The notes beneath the pieces are model-generated. The model saw nothing but the letters and a program-made list of their open reading frames with translations. It had not been told where the DNA came from and did no database searches. A DNA stretch of 40,089 bases from positions 1 through 40,089 of the forward strand of contig NBLH01000002.1 of assembly GCA_002084525.1 (NCBI GenBank). Direction: 5' to 3'. Numbering within the stretch: position 1 is the stretch's first letter; each line of letters begins with the position of its first letter. The position numbers and the translations under genes are program-made. Shown piece after piece: positions 18,543 to 26,285 of the stretch. Source of the stretch: Bacteroidetes bacterium 4572_117. Lineage in GTDB: Bacteria; Bacteroidota; Bacteroidia; Bacteroidales; NBLH01.

Positions 18543-19130
18543 ATGGACGAAGACAAGAACAAAGAAAAAAAGGATGAGAAAAAGTCATTTATGGAAAATG
18601 CTGAAGGTTTTTTATCTTCATGGAAAGATGATTTCGGAGATAAAAATAAAGAAATTTTAGAAAGGAAAAAGAAAAGAGATGAAGAAGCTGAAAAAGAGCA
18701 TGAGGAGTTTTTAGAAAACCTTGAAGCTGTTAAAGGCGATTTAAATGAAAGAGCTGAAAAGTTGGCTAGTGTTTTAAACAAAGAGTTTGACGGTTTTAAA
18801 GATGCATTGCAACGGGGGACAGCTTCCATGCATGAAAAGTTCCAGTTACAAAAACATTTCGATGATTTTAAAGTTTTCCTTAAAAAAGCCGAAAAAGTTG
18901 GGACCGAAAAATTTAACGAACTGACAAATAAAGTTGAAAAAGACCTTTCAGAAGTAGAATCATCGAAATTAACTATTGAACAGCCAAAGACACAAAGCCA
19001 AGAGTTTGAAGAAATTATGAAACAAGCTGAACAATTAATTGATAATGACACTGAAATAAAAAAGGAAGAGATGGGCGAAAACCATAAAAAAGTAAATCAA
19101 CTTTTTAACGATTTAGATAAGGGACAGTAA
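18543..19130 (+). CDS. Hypothetical Lys/Glu-rich, probably all-helical protein
   Basis: 195-aa ORF with no TM segment and highly charged composition (KEKKDEKK, EEAEKEHEEF). Followed by a hairpin plus T-run. No family recognised. Confidence 0.55.
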   Translation: MDEDKNKEKKDEKKSFMENAEGFLSSWKDDFGDKNKEILERKKKRDEEAEKEHEEFLENLEAVKGDLNERAEKLASVLNKEFDGFKDALQRGTASMHEKFQLQKHFDDFKVFLKKAEKVGTEKFNELTNKVEKDLSEVESSKLTIEQPKTQSQEFEEIMKQAEQLIDNDTEIKKEEMGENHKKVNQLFNDLDKGQ

Positions 19131-19236
19131 AACAGCCGTATTGAAAGTAGATTGCAAAGTGGGTAGAAAACATACCGGGTTTTTAGTGTCAAGTTGAGAT
19201 CAATATTTTTGTTACACCAGAATTCTACAAAAAATT

Positions 19237-19270
19237 AACAATGGATTTATTTTATTCATTGTTTTTTTTA
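19237..19270 (+). terminator. Putative rho-independent terminator after the Lys/Glu-rich protein gene
   Basis: Stem AACAATG / CATTGTT with a 13-nt loop, followed by a T-run. Confidence 0.45.
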
Positions 19271-19276
19271 TATTTG
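19269..19276 (+). promoter_or_regulatory. Candidate -7 promoter box upstream of R1 copy 2 and the ModE-like gene
   Basis: TATATTTG matches TAnnTTTG. A transcript from here would carry R1 copy 2 in its 5' leader. Confidence 0.3.
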
Positions 19277-19302
19277 CAATATGTTTTTTCAAACATAACG
19301 GG

Positions 19303-19409
19303 TTATTAAGTACCCAAGCAAAATTTATTGTATATTTATTTTTACGTAACTTGCATATTGTAAGATATTTGCACCAGTGTGTAAGCAACATTAAATAGCA
19401 CTTAGTGCT
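19303..19409 (+). repeat. Intergenic repeat family R1, copy 2
   Basis: Same length and register as copy 1. About 10 mismatches over the 82-nt core by manual alignment. Ends 21 nt before the ModE-like start codon. Confidence 0.85.
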
Positions 19410-19430
19410 TAATAATAAAACATTTGTTCT

Positions 19431-19808
19431 ATGGCGGGTTCAGTAGGAGATAAATATTATGATGTGTTCTTGAAATATCGTTTATGGCTAAGTACAACAA
19501 ACGATAAAGGTATTCTTGGGGATGGCAGGTTTGCATTATTGAATGAAATTGATATTACAGGTTCTTTAAAATCGGCAGCCGAAAAAACAAATATCAGTTA
19601 CAGGAAAGCTTGGGGCAGTATTAAGGAAGCCGAGGAGCAGCTAGGTTTTAAGTTGGTTGAAAAACAAAGAGGCGGAAAAGATGGTGGCAATTCACGATTA
19701 TCACCTGAGGGGAAACAACTACTTGAAGCTTACACAGAATTGAAAGAGGATTTTGATCAATCAGTAAAAAAAATAACGAAAAAGTTTTTTAATAAAATTA
19801 ATAAATAA
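19431..19808 (+). CDS. ModE-N-terminal-like winged-helix regulator (no TOBE domains)
   Basis: 125-aa ORF. GSLKSAAEKTNISYRKAWGSIKEAEEQLGFKLVEKQRGGKDGG resembles the ModE/LysR-type HTH found in molybdate/tungstate regulators. Lies directly upstream of an oxyanion ABC transporter. Confidence 0.7.
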   Translation: MAGSVGDKYYDVFLKYRLWLSTTNDKGILGDGRFALLNEIDITGSLKSAAEKTNISYRKAWGSIKEAEEQLGFKLVEKQRGGKDGGNSRLSPEGKQLLEAYTELKEDFDQSVKKITKKFFNKINK

Positions 19809-19900
19809 CCATAATAAGGTCGCAGACCGATATATTTAGATCAATAAATTCTTTTAATCAACACCTTAGCGTGACAATAGTCTGTCAAGCTTCTGGAATA

Positions 19901-19946
19901 CTGTAATTATCAATAGCTTACAAAGATGAGCTTTATTGATTTACAG
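19901..19946 (+). promoter_or_regulatory. Imperfect dyad between the ModE-like gene and wtpA (operator or stem-loop candidate)
   Basis: CTGTAA-TT-ATCAAT-AGCT (19901-19918) versus AGCT-TT-ATTGAT-TTACAG (19929-19946): 16 complementary positions with symmetric 2-nt bulges. Confidence 0.3.
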
Positions 19947-20016
19947 TGATGATTGTTAGAAAGTTAATCAAAAATCTATAATTTAACGAAGTGTTAAGCT
20001 TAATAAGCTATATAAA

Positions 20017-20024
20017 TAATTTTG
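20017..20024 (+). promoter_or_regulatory. Candidate -7 promoter box for wtpA
   Basis: TAATTTTG matches TAnnTTTG, 22 nt upstream of the wtpA ATG. Confidence 0.35.
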
Positions 20025-20046
20025 TCGGATTACTTAAAAAATTAAT

Positions 20047-21105
20047 ATGAACGAAAATAAACACAAAACTTTGCCACTAACCAGCAAACCGCAATCGCCT
20101 TCAAAAAATTTATTGCAAATTGGGATATTTAAGAAAGCTATTGGGATAATAGTTATTTTCACTTTACTTGTTGTTAATTTTTCATGTTCATCATCAGAAA
20201 AAAAAGATGACAGGAATGATGGGTTAACAGGCGAATTGTTGGTTTTTCATGCCGGTAGTTTATCCTTACCATTTAAAAAAATTACCAAGAAATTTATAAG
20301 TATGAACCCTGGTGTGGATATTAAGTTAGAGTCAGCCGGTAGCGTGGCCAGTGCTCGAAAAATTACTGATTTAAACAGATATTGCGATATTTTTGCTTCG
20401 GCTGATTACAAGGTAATTGACGAAATGTTGATACCTGAACACACAGATTTTAATATAAAATTTGCAGGTAATGAAATGGCAATAGTTTATACCGAAAAAT
20501 CAAAGTATGCAAGCGAAATAAACGAAAAAAACTGGCATGAAATTTTGCTGAAAGACGATGTACATTACGGACGTTCTAACCCTGATGCCGACCCATGTGG
20601 CTACAGGGCTGTTTTGGTGTCGAAATTATCAAACACTTACTATAATAAGCCCGGTTTTGCTGAGAAAATACTTGCAAAAGATAATAAATACATAAGGCCA
20701 AAAGAAACTGATTTACTGGCATTGTTAGAAACAGGGACTATTGATTACATATTCTTGTATCGTTCTGTAGCTCAGCAGCATAAACTATCTTATCTATTGC
20801 TTCCTGATAGTATAAATTTAAAAAAATTTGAATTGAAAGAGTTTTATTCTACTGTTGAAACGCAAATAATGGGAAAGAAAAAGGGTGAAACCATTACAAA
20901 AAAAGGTGCACCAATGGTTTATGGGATTACCATGCATAAAGATGCCAAAAACAAAAAACTAGCAATGGGATTTATGAAATTTATTCTTAGCGATGGGATG
21001 AAAATTATGGAGAAAAACGGGCAGACCAGTTTAGTGCCTTCTGTTACTGATTCTTTTGATAAAATACCCGAAGAACTTAAAGGGTTTGCAAGCAAGGGCT
21101 TGTAA
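20047..21105 (+). CDS. wtpA: Tungstate/molybdate ABC transporter substrate-binding lipoprotein (WtpA-like)
   Basis: 352-aa ORF. Lipobox-like VNFSCSS. LLVFHAGSLSLPF motif typical of WtpA-type binding proteins. Followed by permease and ATPase genes. Confidence 0.7.
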   Translation: MNENKHKTLPLTSKPQSPSKNLLQIGIFKKAIGIIVIFTLLVVNFSCSSSEKKDDRNDGLTGELLVFHAGSLSLPFKKITKKFISMNPGVDIKLESAGSVASARKITDLNRYCDIFASADYKVIDEMLIPEHTDFNIKFAGNEMAIVYTEKSKYASEINEKNWHEILLKDDVHYGRSNPDADPCGYRAVLVSKLSNTYYNKPGFAEKILAKDNKYIRPKETDLLALLETGTIDYIFLYRSVAQQHKLSYLLLPDSINLKKFELKEFYSTVETQIMGKKKGETITKKGAPMVYGITMHKDAKNKKLAMGFMKFILSDGMKIMEKNGQTSLVPSVTDSFDKIPEELKGFASKGL

Positions 21106-21172
21106 TTAGTGCATCTGTAAAGTCGGTGTTTTTTGCATTGTTCTTTAATTTAGTGTTTTAAAAAGTAAATGA

Positions 21173-21958
21173 ATGAAACAATCTCTTTTTAATAATATAA
21201 CGCTTTTATTTAGTGGTTTGATAATTCTGTTTATTGTTGGTCCGCTTTTAAGTATGTTTATATCTACATCAGGGATTGATTTATTTGAAACAGCAAAAGA
21301 TACAGATGTTCAGGATAGTATTTTTTTAACATTGAAAGTCTCGTTTATTACAACTTTTGTGTTTGCTTTTTTTGCAATCCCATTTTCCTATTTCCTTGCC
21401 AGGTATGAGTTCCCTTTAAAAAAAATTGTACAGGGGATTATAGATTTACCTGTTGTAATTCCTCATTCGGCAGCAGGGATTGCTATTTTGGGTTTTATTT
21501 CAAGAGATTCGACACTTGGTAAATTTTCAGGCCTTTTTAGTTTTGATATTGTTGGAAGCCCACTGGCAATTGGTATCGCAATGGCATTTGTAAGTGTGCC
21601 GTTCCTTATTAATTCAGCACGCGATGGGTTTGCAAATGTTTCTGTAAGGTTAGAAAAAGCTGCGTACACTTTGGGTGCTTCTCAAATCCGTACTTTTTTC
21701 ACAATATCCATCCCGCTTGCATGGAAAAATATCCTGTCAGGATTTATTATGATGTTTGCACGCGGGATGAGTGAATTTGGTGCTGTGATAATTGTGGCAT
21801 ATCACCCTATGGTTACACCGGTTTTAATTTATGAATACTTTGGTGCTTATGGTTTAAAATATGCTCGTCCGGTTTCAGTTATTTTTGTAACTGTAAGTCT
21901 AGTATTTTTTGTATTATTGCGCTCAATATCAGATCGTAAAAAAAATGTTGAAGCTTAA
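21173..21958 (+). CDS. ABC transporter permease (molybdate/tungstate type)
   Basis: 261-aa ORF, about six hydrophobic segments, EAA-like loop (LEKAAYTLGASQIRTFFTISIPL). Confidence 0.8.
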   Translation: MKQSLFNNITLLFSGLIILFIVGPLLSMFISTSGIDLFETAKDTDVQDSIFLTLKVSFITTFVFAFFAIPFSYFLARYEFPLKKIVQGIIDLPVVIPHSAAGIAILGFISRDSTLGKFSGLFSFDIVGSPLAIGIAMAFVSVPFLINSARDGFANVSVRLEKAAYTLGASQIRTFFTISIPLAWKNILSGFIMMFARGMSEFGAVIIVAYHPMVTPVLIYEYFGAYGLKYARPVSVIFVTVSLVFFVLLRSISDRKKNVEA

Positions 21959-22985
21959 AAACATATCAAAAAGCTACAAGGGTTTTGCCCTTGCTGATAT
22001 CAGCCTTGAAATAAATAAAGGCGACTATTTTGTTTTGCTTGGTAATTCAGGTTCAGGAAAATCGCTTTTACTTGAGCTTATAGCCGGGCTTATAAATGCA
22101 AATTCGGGCGAAATACACCTTAACAATAAGAATATTACCAATAGCAAAATACAAAAGCGTAATATTGGTTTGGTATTTCAGGATTATGCACTTTTCCCAC
22201 ATCTTACTGTAAGAAATAATTTATTATTCCCGATTAGGAAAAACAAAAACAAAGCTGAAAAAGCAATAAAAATTGCAGAACTTTTAAATATCACTAATTT
22301 ATTAGAACGATTTCCTGAAAAACTCTCAGGGGGCGAAGCCCAAAGAGTAGCCCTTGGCCGTACTTTAATAACTAATCCAGAAATACTTCTTTTAGACGAA
22401 CCCTTATCCTCGCTTGATGTCCAACTTAGGGGTGGTCTGAGGCATCTGTTAAAAAAAATAAATAGGCAAGGCCAAACAATTGTCCATGTTACACATGATT
22501 ATGACGAAGCTATTGCACTTGCATCAAGGGTTGCGGTAATAGATAATGGCAAAATTATTCAAGTAGGGGATACAGAATCTGTGTTTAAAAATCCATCGTC
22601 GGAGTTTATTGCTAATTTTATTGGTTTAAAAAATTTTTTTAAGTCAGTTTTACATACAAACAACGGTAAATCGTTTGTTTTAATTAATAATAGCACAAAA
22701 ATATGCCTTTTATCAGATAAAAAAGACGGCGAAGGTTTTGTGATGATCAGGAGCGAAGATATTTTTGTATACGATAAATATACAGAATCGAGTGCTTTAA
22801 ATAATTTTGAAGGAATTATCCGTGATGCGGTTCCATCGCGCTTAGGTATTGAAATTTCAGTAGAAACACCATTAATATTTTGGGTTCTAATTACTAAAGA
22901 ATCGTTTGAAAGAATGAATTTGGGAGAAGGTAAAAAGGTTTGGATTTCGTTTAAAGCTTCGGCGGTAAAATTTTTAAAAACATAG
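21945..22985 (+). CDS. ABC transporter ATP-binding protein with C-terminal TOBE domain
   Basis: Walker A GNSGSGKS, signature LSGGEAQRV, Walker B LLLDEPLSSLD. TOBE-like tail (GIEISVETPLIFWVLITKESFERMNLGEGKKVWISFKASAV). I prefer the ATG at 21945 (MLKLKNISKSY), which overlaps the permease stop by 14 nt, over the TTG at 21909 used by the ORF track. Confidence 0.85.
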   Translation: MLKLKNISKSYKGFALADISLEINKGDYFVLLGNSGSGKSLLLELIAGLINANSGEIHLNNKNITNSKIQKRNIGLVFQDYALFPHLTVRNNLLFPIRKNKNKAEKAIKIAELLNITNLLERFPEKLSGGEAQRVALGRTLITNPEILLLDEPLSSLDVQLRGGLRHLLKKINRQGQTIVHVTHDYDEAIALASRVAVIDNGKIIQVGDTESVFKNPSSEFIANFIGLKNFFKSVLHTNNGKSFVLINNSTKICLLSDKKDGEGFVMIRSEDIFVYDKYTESSALNNFEGIIRDAVPSRLGIEISVETPLIFWVLITKESFERMNLGEGKKVWISFKASAVKFLKT

Positions 22986-23049
22986 GCATCCTTACTTATT
23001 GTAAACTGCACTGTCATACATTTTCCATTTTCTTATCTAAAGTTTATGG

Positions 23050-23122
23050 TCATTAGTATATTAGTCATTGGACATTAGGTTGTTATGTGCTATTTTCAAT
23101 GACTAATTTCTAATGATTTTTT
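23050..23122 (+). terminator. Long AT-rich hairpin plus T6, likely terminator of the wtp operon
   Basis: TCATTAG-TAT-ATTAGTCATTG (23050-23070) pairs with CAATGACTAAT-TT-CTAATGA (23097-23116): 18 bp with one internal loop. Followed by TTTTTT (23117-23122). Confidence 0.5.
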
Positions 23123-23195
23123 ACCATAACTCTATTTACGAACAAAATCCATAACGCATTGATAATTTGCTTATACGTCAGGAGTTCTGAGCCTA

Positions 23196-25655
23196 CTAAA
23201 TCCTGATACCTATTATCAGTACATCATCTATCTGGCGGTAGTTTTCTTTCCAGGTATCGAATTTCTTTTCAATGTAGTTTTTTTGCTCTTCAAGTGTCCT
23301 ACCTGAACTTAATGCTAAAATTTTCTTTAATCGCTTAAGCATGAATTTTCCGCCTCTTTTACCGCCAAACTGATCGGCATAACCATCTGAAAATATATAG
23401 CAATTGTCTCCTTTTTGTAACTGCAAAGTATTGTTTGTGAAAAACTCTTTTTCATCATAAAATATCCCTATTGGCATGTCATCAGCCTTAATATCAAATG
23501 TTTGTTGGGTTTCACCATTTCCACGTACCACAAACAAAGGGCTATTTGCCCCGGCAAATTGCATTATGTTTGTTTTCCTGTCTAAAATGCAAAGGGCAAT
23601 GTCCATCCCGTCTTTGGCTTCACCTTCTTTACCAGTTTGCCTAAGCGATAATTTCACACTACTCCTCAATTCTGTTAAAATATTACCTGCATCTAACTCA
23701 CTATCGGAAAGTTTGCCTACAATTTCATTTAAAAAAGTCATTCCTAACATGCTCATAAACCCCCCAGGAACTCCATGTCCGGTACAATCAGCAGCTGCAA
23801 TTAAAAGGTTGTCGCCTTTTTCCATTGCCCAATAAAAATCACCGCTGACAATATCTTTTGGCCTCAACATAATAAAATGGTCAGGTAAAAGTTTTTTCAA
23901 AAAGTTGTCTGGCGGCAAAACAGCTGTTTGTATTTTTCGGGCATAATGTATACTATCTGTTATTTTTTCTTTTTGTCGAACAATTTCTTCTTCAGCAAGT
24001 TTTATCTTGGTTACATTTGCGTCAATAGCTATAAATTTACGGACTTCACCTTTATCGTTAAAAATTGGGGTCATCGTTGTTTGAATCCAGATTAACCTCC
24101 CATCTTTTGTATATGTTTTTGAAGTATAATTAATTGATTTTTTAAAAACGATTGCTTCGGCAATCTGATCAATTAAATTGGGGTTCAAGCTTGTAAGAAA
24201 TAGGTTAGTTCCATATTCAGCCGAAAATTCTTCAAAAGTAACACCAAGCAATCTGGTAAACCCATCGTTAACCCATTCTATTTCGCCGTTTAAATCAGCA
24301 ATCACAACTGAATTGTCTGTTTTGCTGGCAACAAGTGAAAGCTTTTCAAGCTCAAAATTTTTAGACTCTAATTCCGAAGTCTGATTTAAAATCTTATAAT
24401 TCTGCCGGATTATTTCACTTTCAGCCTCTTTAATTTTTGAAATATCAGAATCGATCAAAACTAACATCGATACTTCACCTTCATCGTCTAATATTGGCGA
24501 TAAGGTACTTTGAGCCCATTTTTTTTCTTTATCTTTTGTTATTACATACGATTCGTATATAATTGGGGTTTTTTCATTAACGCATTGGTGAAAAAGGCTT
24601 TCAATATCGGGGTGGTTACTTGCTTTAATTATGTTACCTTTTGATTCCCTTTGCAATAACTGTAAGGTATAGCCATATAGTTTGGTAAACCCGATGTTTA
24701 TCCAGTCAAAATCCCCATTGGTATCAAGAATCATCACGGCAGTTGAAGTTTCACTAACAACAATTGAAAGTTTTTCCAATTCTTCGTTTATTGATGCAAA
24801 CTCAGCAGCCTGTATGGCAATTTCTTTTTTTTGCTCTACTAATAATTTTTTAACCTTGTTTTTAATAAAGTAGGCCCTGAAAGTTAAAAAAATAAGGATT
24901 AGAATTATAAACAACAGGGAAAATACTGTAAGTGGACTATTTTTGGGGGCCATTTGTTTTTTTAATTCCGAGTTTAGCTCATTTATTTGCTTTTGTTTAT
25001 ACAATATTTTATTATCAAGCTCAGACAAAACAGCAATTTGTTTTTTATTTATTGATGACTGAAGTAAAAGTGCTTTTTTATTCCCTCTTGCTATATTTTT
25101 TTTTGATTTTTCAAACGATGTTTTTTTACCAACATTAATACCACCCAAAAGCGAAACTTCAGATACTACTTTTATATTGGCGGCATTTAAAATATCAGCG
25201 TTAATTTGCAATACTAATTTCTTAGTTTTTATCTGCAAATTAATCATAATATTTTTTTTATCAGGATACCCTTCGGAAATTAAAGCAGTATTAAATCCCA
25301 ATATTTTTCTTTTAACACTATTGAACTTATTATTTTGTGATTTTGGCAGATATAAAATTTGAGTTTCAGTAATATCGGCAATATTATTAAAATTAATTAC
25401 ATCAATTGAAATTATGTTGTTATATCCCCTGCGTGTACGCTCTTTTAGTTCGTCAACAAATATTTTACTACCCTTTAATATCCCAATTTTTATAACTTCT
25501 ATTTTATCATCATTATCCCATTTAAGATATAATGGCAAATCATAAAGTAATTTGGCTTTTTGCTTATTTGTTATAGTTTGGGCATAAGCTACTTTATGGG
25601 GTAAACATAGTACAACCAGAATAATTAATATGTTTATAAGTTTTTTATATCCCAT
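23196..25655 (-). CDS. Membrane sensor: YfiR/DUF4154-like periplasmic domain, two PAS domains, PP2C (SpoIIE-type) phosphatase
   Basis: 819-aa ORF. Signal peptide. N-terminal KAKLLYDLPLYLKWDND...IKIGIL pattern (YfiR-like). TM helix. Two PAS/PAC-like blocks (DFDWINIGFTKLYGY; EIEWVNDGFTRLLGV). C-terminal IVSGDFYW, AADCTGHGVPGGF, KDGMDIALC, IFSDGYADQFGG. Confidence 0.85.
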   Translation of the reverse strand: MGYKKLINILIILVVLCLPHKVAYAQTITNKQKAKLLYDLPLYLKWDNDDKIEVIKIGILKGSKIFVDELKERTRRGYNNIISIDVINFNNIADITETQILYLPKSQNNKFNSVKRKILGFNTALISEGYPDKKNIMINLQIKTKKLVLQINADILNAANIKVVSEVSLLGGINVGKKTSFEKSKKNIARGNKKALLLQSSINKKQIAVLSELDNKILYKQKQINELNSELKKQMAPKNSPLTVFSLLFIILILIFLTFRAYFIKNKVKKLLVEQKKEIAIQAAEFASINEELEKLSIVVSETSTAVMILDTNGDFDWINIGFTKLYGYTLQLLQRESKGNIIKASNHPDIESLFHQCVNEKTPIIYESYVITKDKEKKWAQSTLSPILDDEGEVSMLVLIDSDISKIKEAESEIIRQNYKILNQTSELESKNFELEKLSLVASKTDNSVVIADLNGEIEWVNDGFTRLLGVTFEEFSAEYGTNLFLTSLNPNLIDQIAEAIVFKKSINYTSKTYTKDGRLIWIQTTMTPIFNDKGEVRKFIAIDANVTKIKLAEEEIVRQKEKITDSIHYARKIQTAVLPPDNFLKKLLPDHFIMLRPKDIVSGDFYWAMEKGDNLLIAAADCTGHGVPGGFMSMLGMTFLNEIVGKLSDSELDAGNILTELRSSVKLSLRQTGKEGEAKDGMDIALCILDRKTNIMQFAGANSPLFVVRGNGETQQTFDIKADDMPIGIFYDEKEFFTNNTLQLQKGDNCYIFSDGYADQFGGKRGGKFMLKRLKKILALSSGRTLEEQKNYIEKKFDTWKENYRQIDDVLIIGIRI

Positions 25656-25985
25656 TTACTCTATTTCCTTTTTCCAGACTTTACAGGTTATATTAAATTA
25701 AGGAACTGTATCGAAATAAATTGACCAATTAATTTTTTATAAAATTACAATTAATTTATTCTTTAGCAAATTTTAACAAACATTTATAAATGACTTTCAA
25801 TGCTTACAAATACTCAAGTAAAGTGTACATAATTCTACAATGCACAAAATCATTATATCACATGCAAGCATTATACCAATTTAAAAACTTGCTAAATTCT
25901 ACCTAATATTTTAATTCAGTTAAAATAAATGTAAGCTTTTTAATTTTTTTATGATATATTGCAGTACAATGTGATGTTTTTATCC

Positions 25986-26119
25986 ATTAATGAGATTAGC
26001 CCCAAAGCCGCTTAACGGATAATTTTGCAAAAAACACAAAAGGCATTGCGTTGTATATCAGCCCATTAACAATAATTGATAGGGGCTCTATAGGATAGTT
26101 TTAGACCAGGTTCATTAAT
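25986..26119 (+). repeat. Intergenic repeat family R2, copy 1 (MITE-like, terminal inverted repeats, internal TAATTTTG box)
   Basis: ATTAATGA at 25986-25993 and TCATTAAT at 26112-26119 are inverted ends. The interior (GCCGCTTAACGGATAATTTTGCAAAAAACACAAAAGGCATTGCGTTGTATATC...GGGGCTCTATAGGATAGTTTTAG) is homologous to 33766-33908. Confidence 0.8.
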
Positions 26120-26156
26120 ATGTGAATTATTACAATATCTTGCAGAAAACACTAAC

Positions 26157-26215
26157 TATACAAGAAACAGGTTAAAATTAGGCTTTTGTAAATGTATTTT
26201 GCGTTGATTGTCAGT
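26157..26215 (+). repeat. Conserved upstream block R3, copy upstream of acs
   Basis: See 15991-16049. Lies 38 nt downstream of R2 copy 1 and about 70 nt upstream of the acs start. Confidence 0.55.
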
Positions 26216-26285
26216 GATTTTAACCATTTAGCAATATAACAACTTAACCATTTTAAAGAATAACTAATCATTAATATATTAAATT

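Noticed and set aside
18503-19051. 182-aa Ser/Phe-rich ORF on the - strand
   Set aside because: It is the shadow frame of the Lys/Glu-rich gene: GAA/AAA codons read backwards give TTC/TTT. The + strand ORF has a plausible start and terminator.
19809-20046. Molybdenum-cofactor riboswitch upstream of wtpA
   Set aside because: I could not recognise the conserved Moco-motif nucleotides or its helices. Only an imperfect dyad is present, and that is reported separately.
21909-21944. TTG-initiated 12-codon N-terminal extension of the ABC ATPase
   Set aside because: The ATG at 21945 gives the canonical MLKLKNISKSY N-terminus and a typical 14-nt overlap with the permease stop. The extension lies inside the permease gene.
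22559-23017. 152-aa ORF on the - strand
   Set aside because: It is antisense to the ABC ATPase/TOBE gene, and no motifs were recognised.
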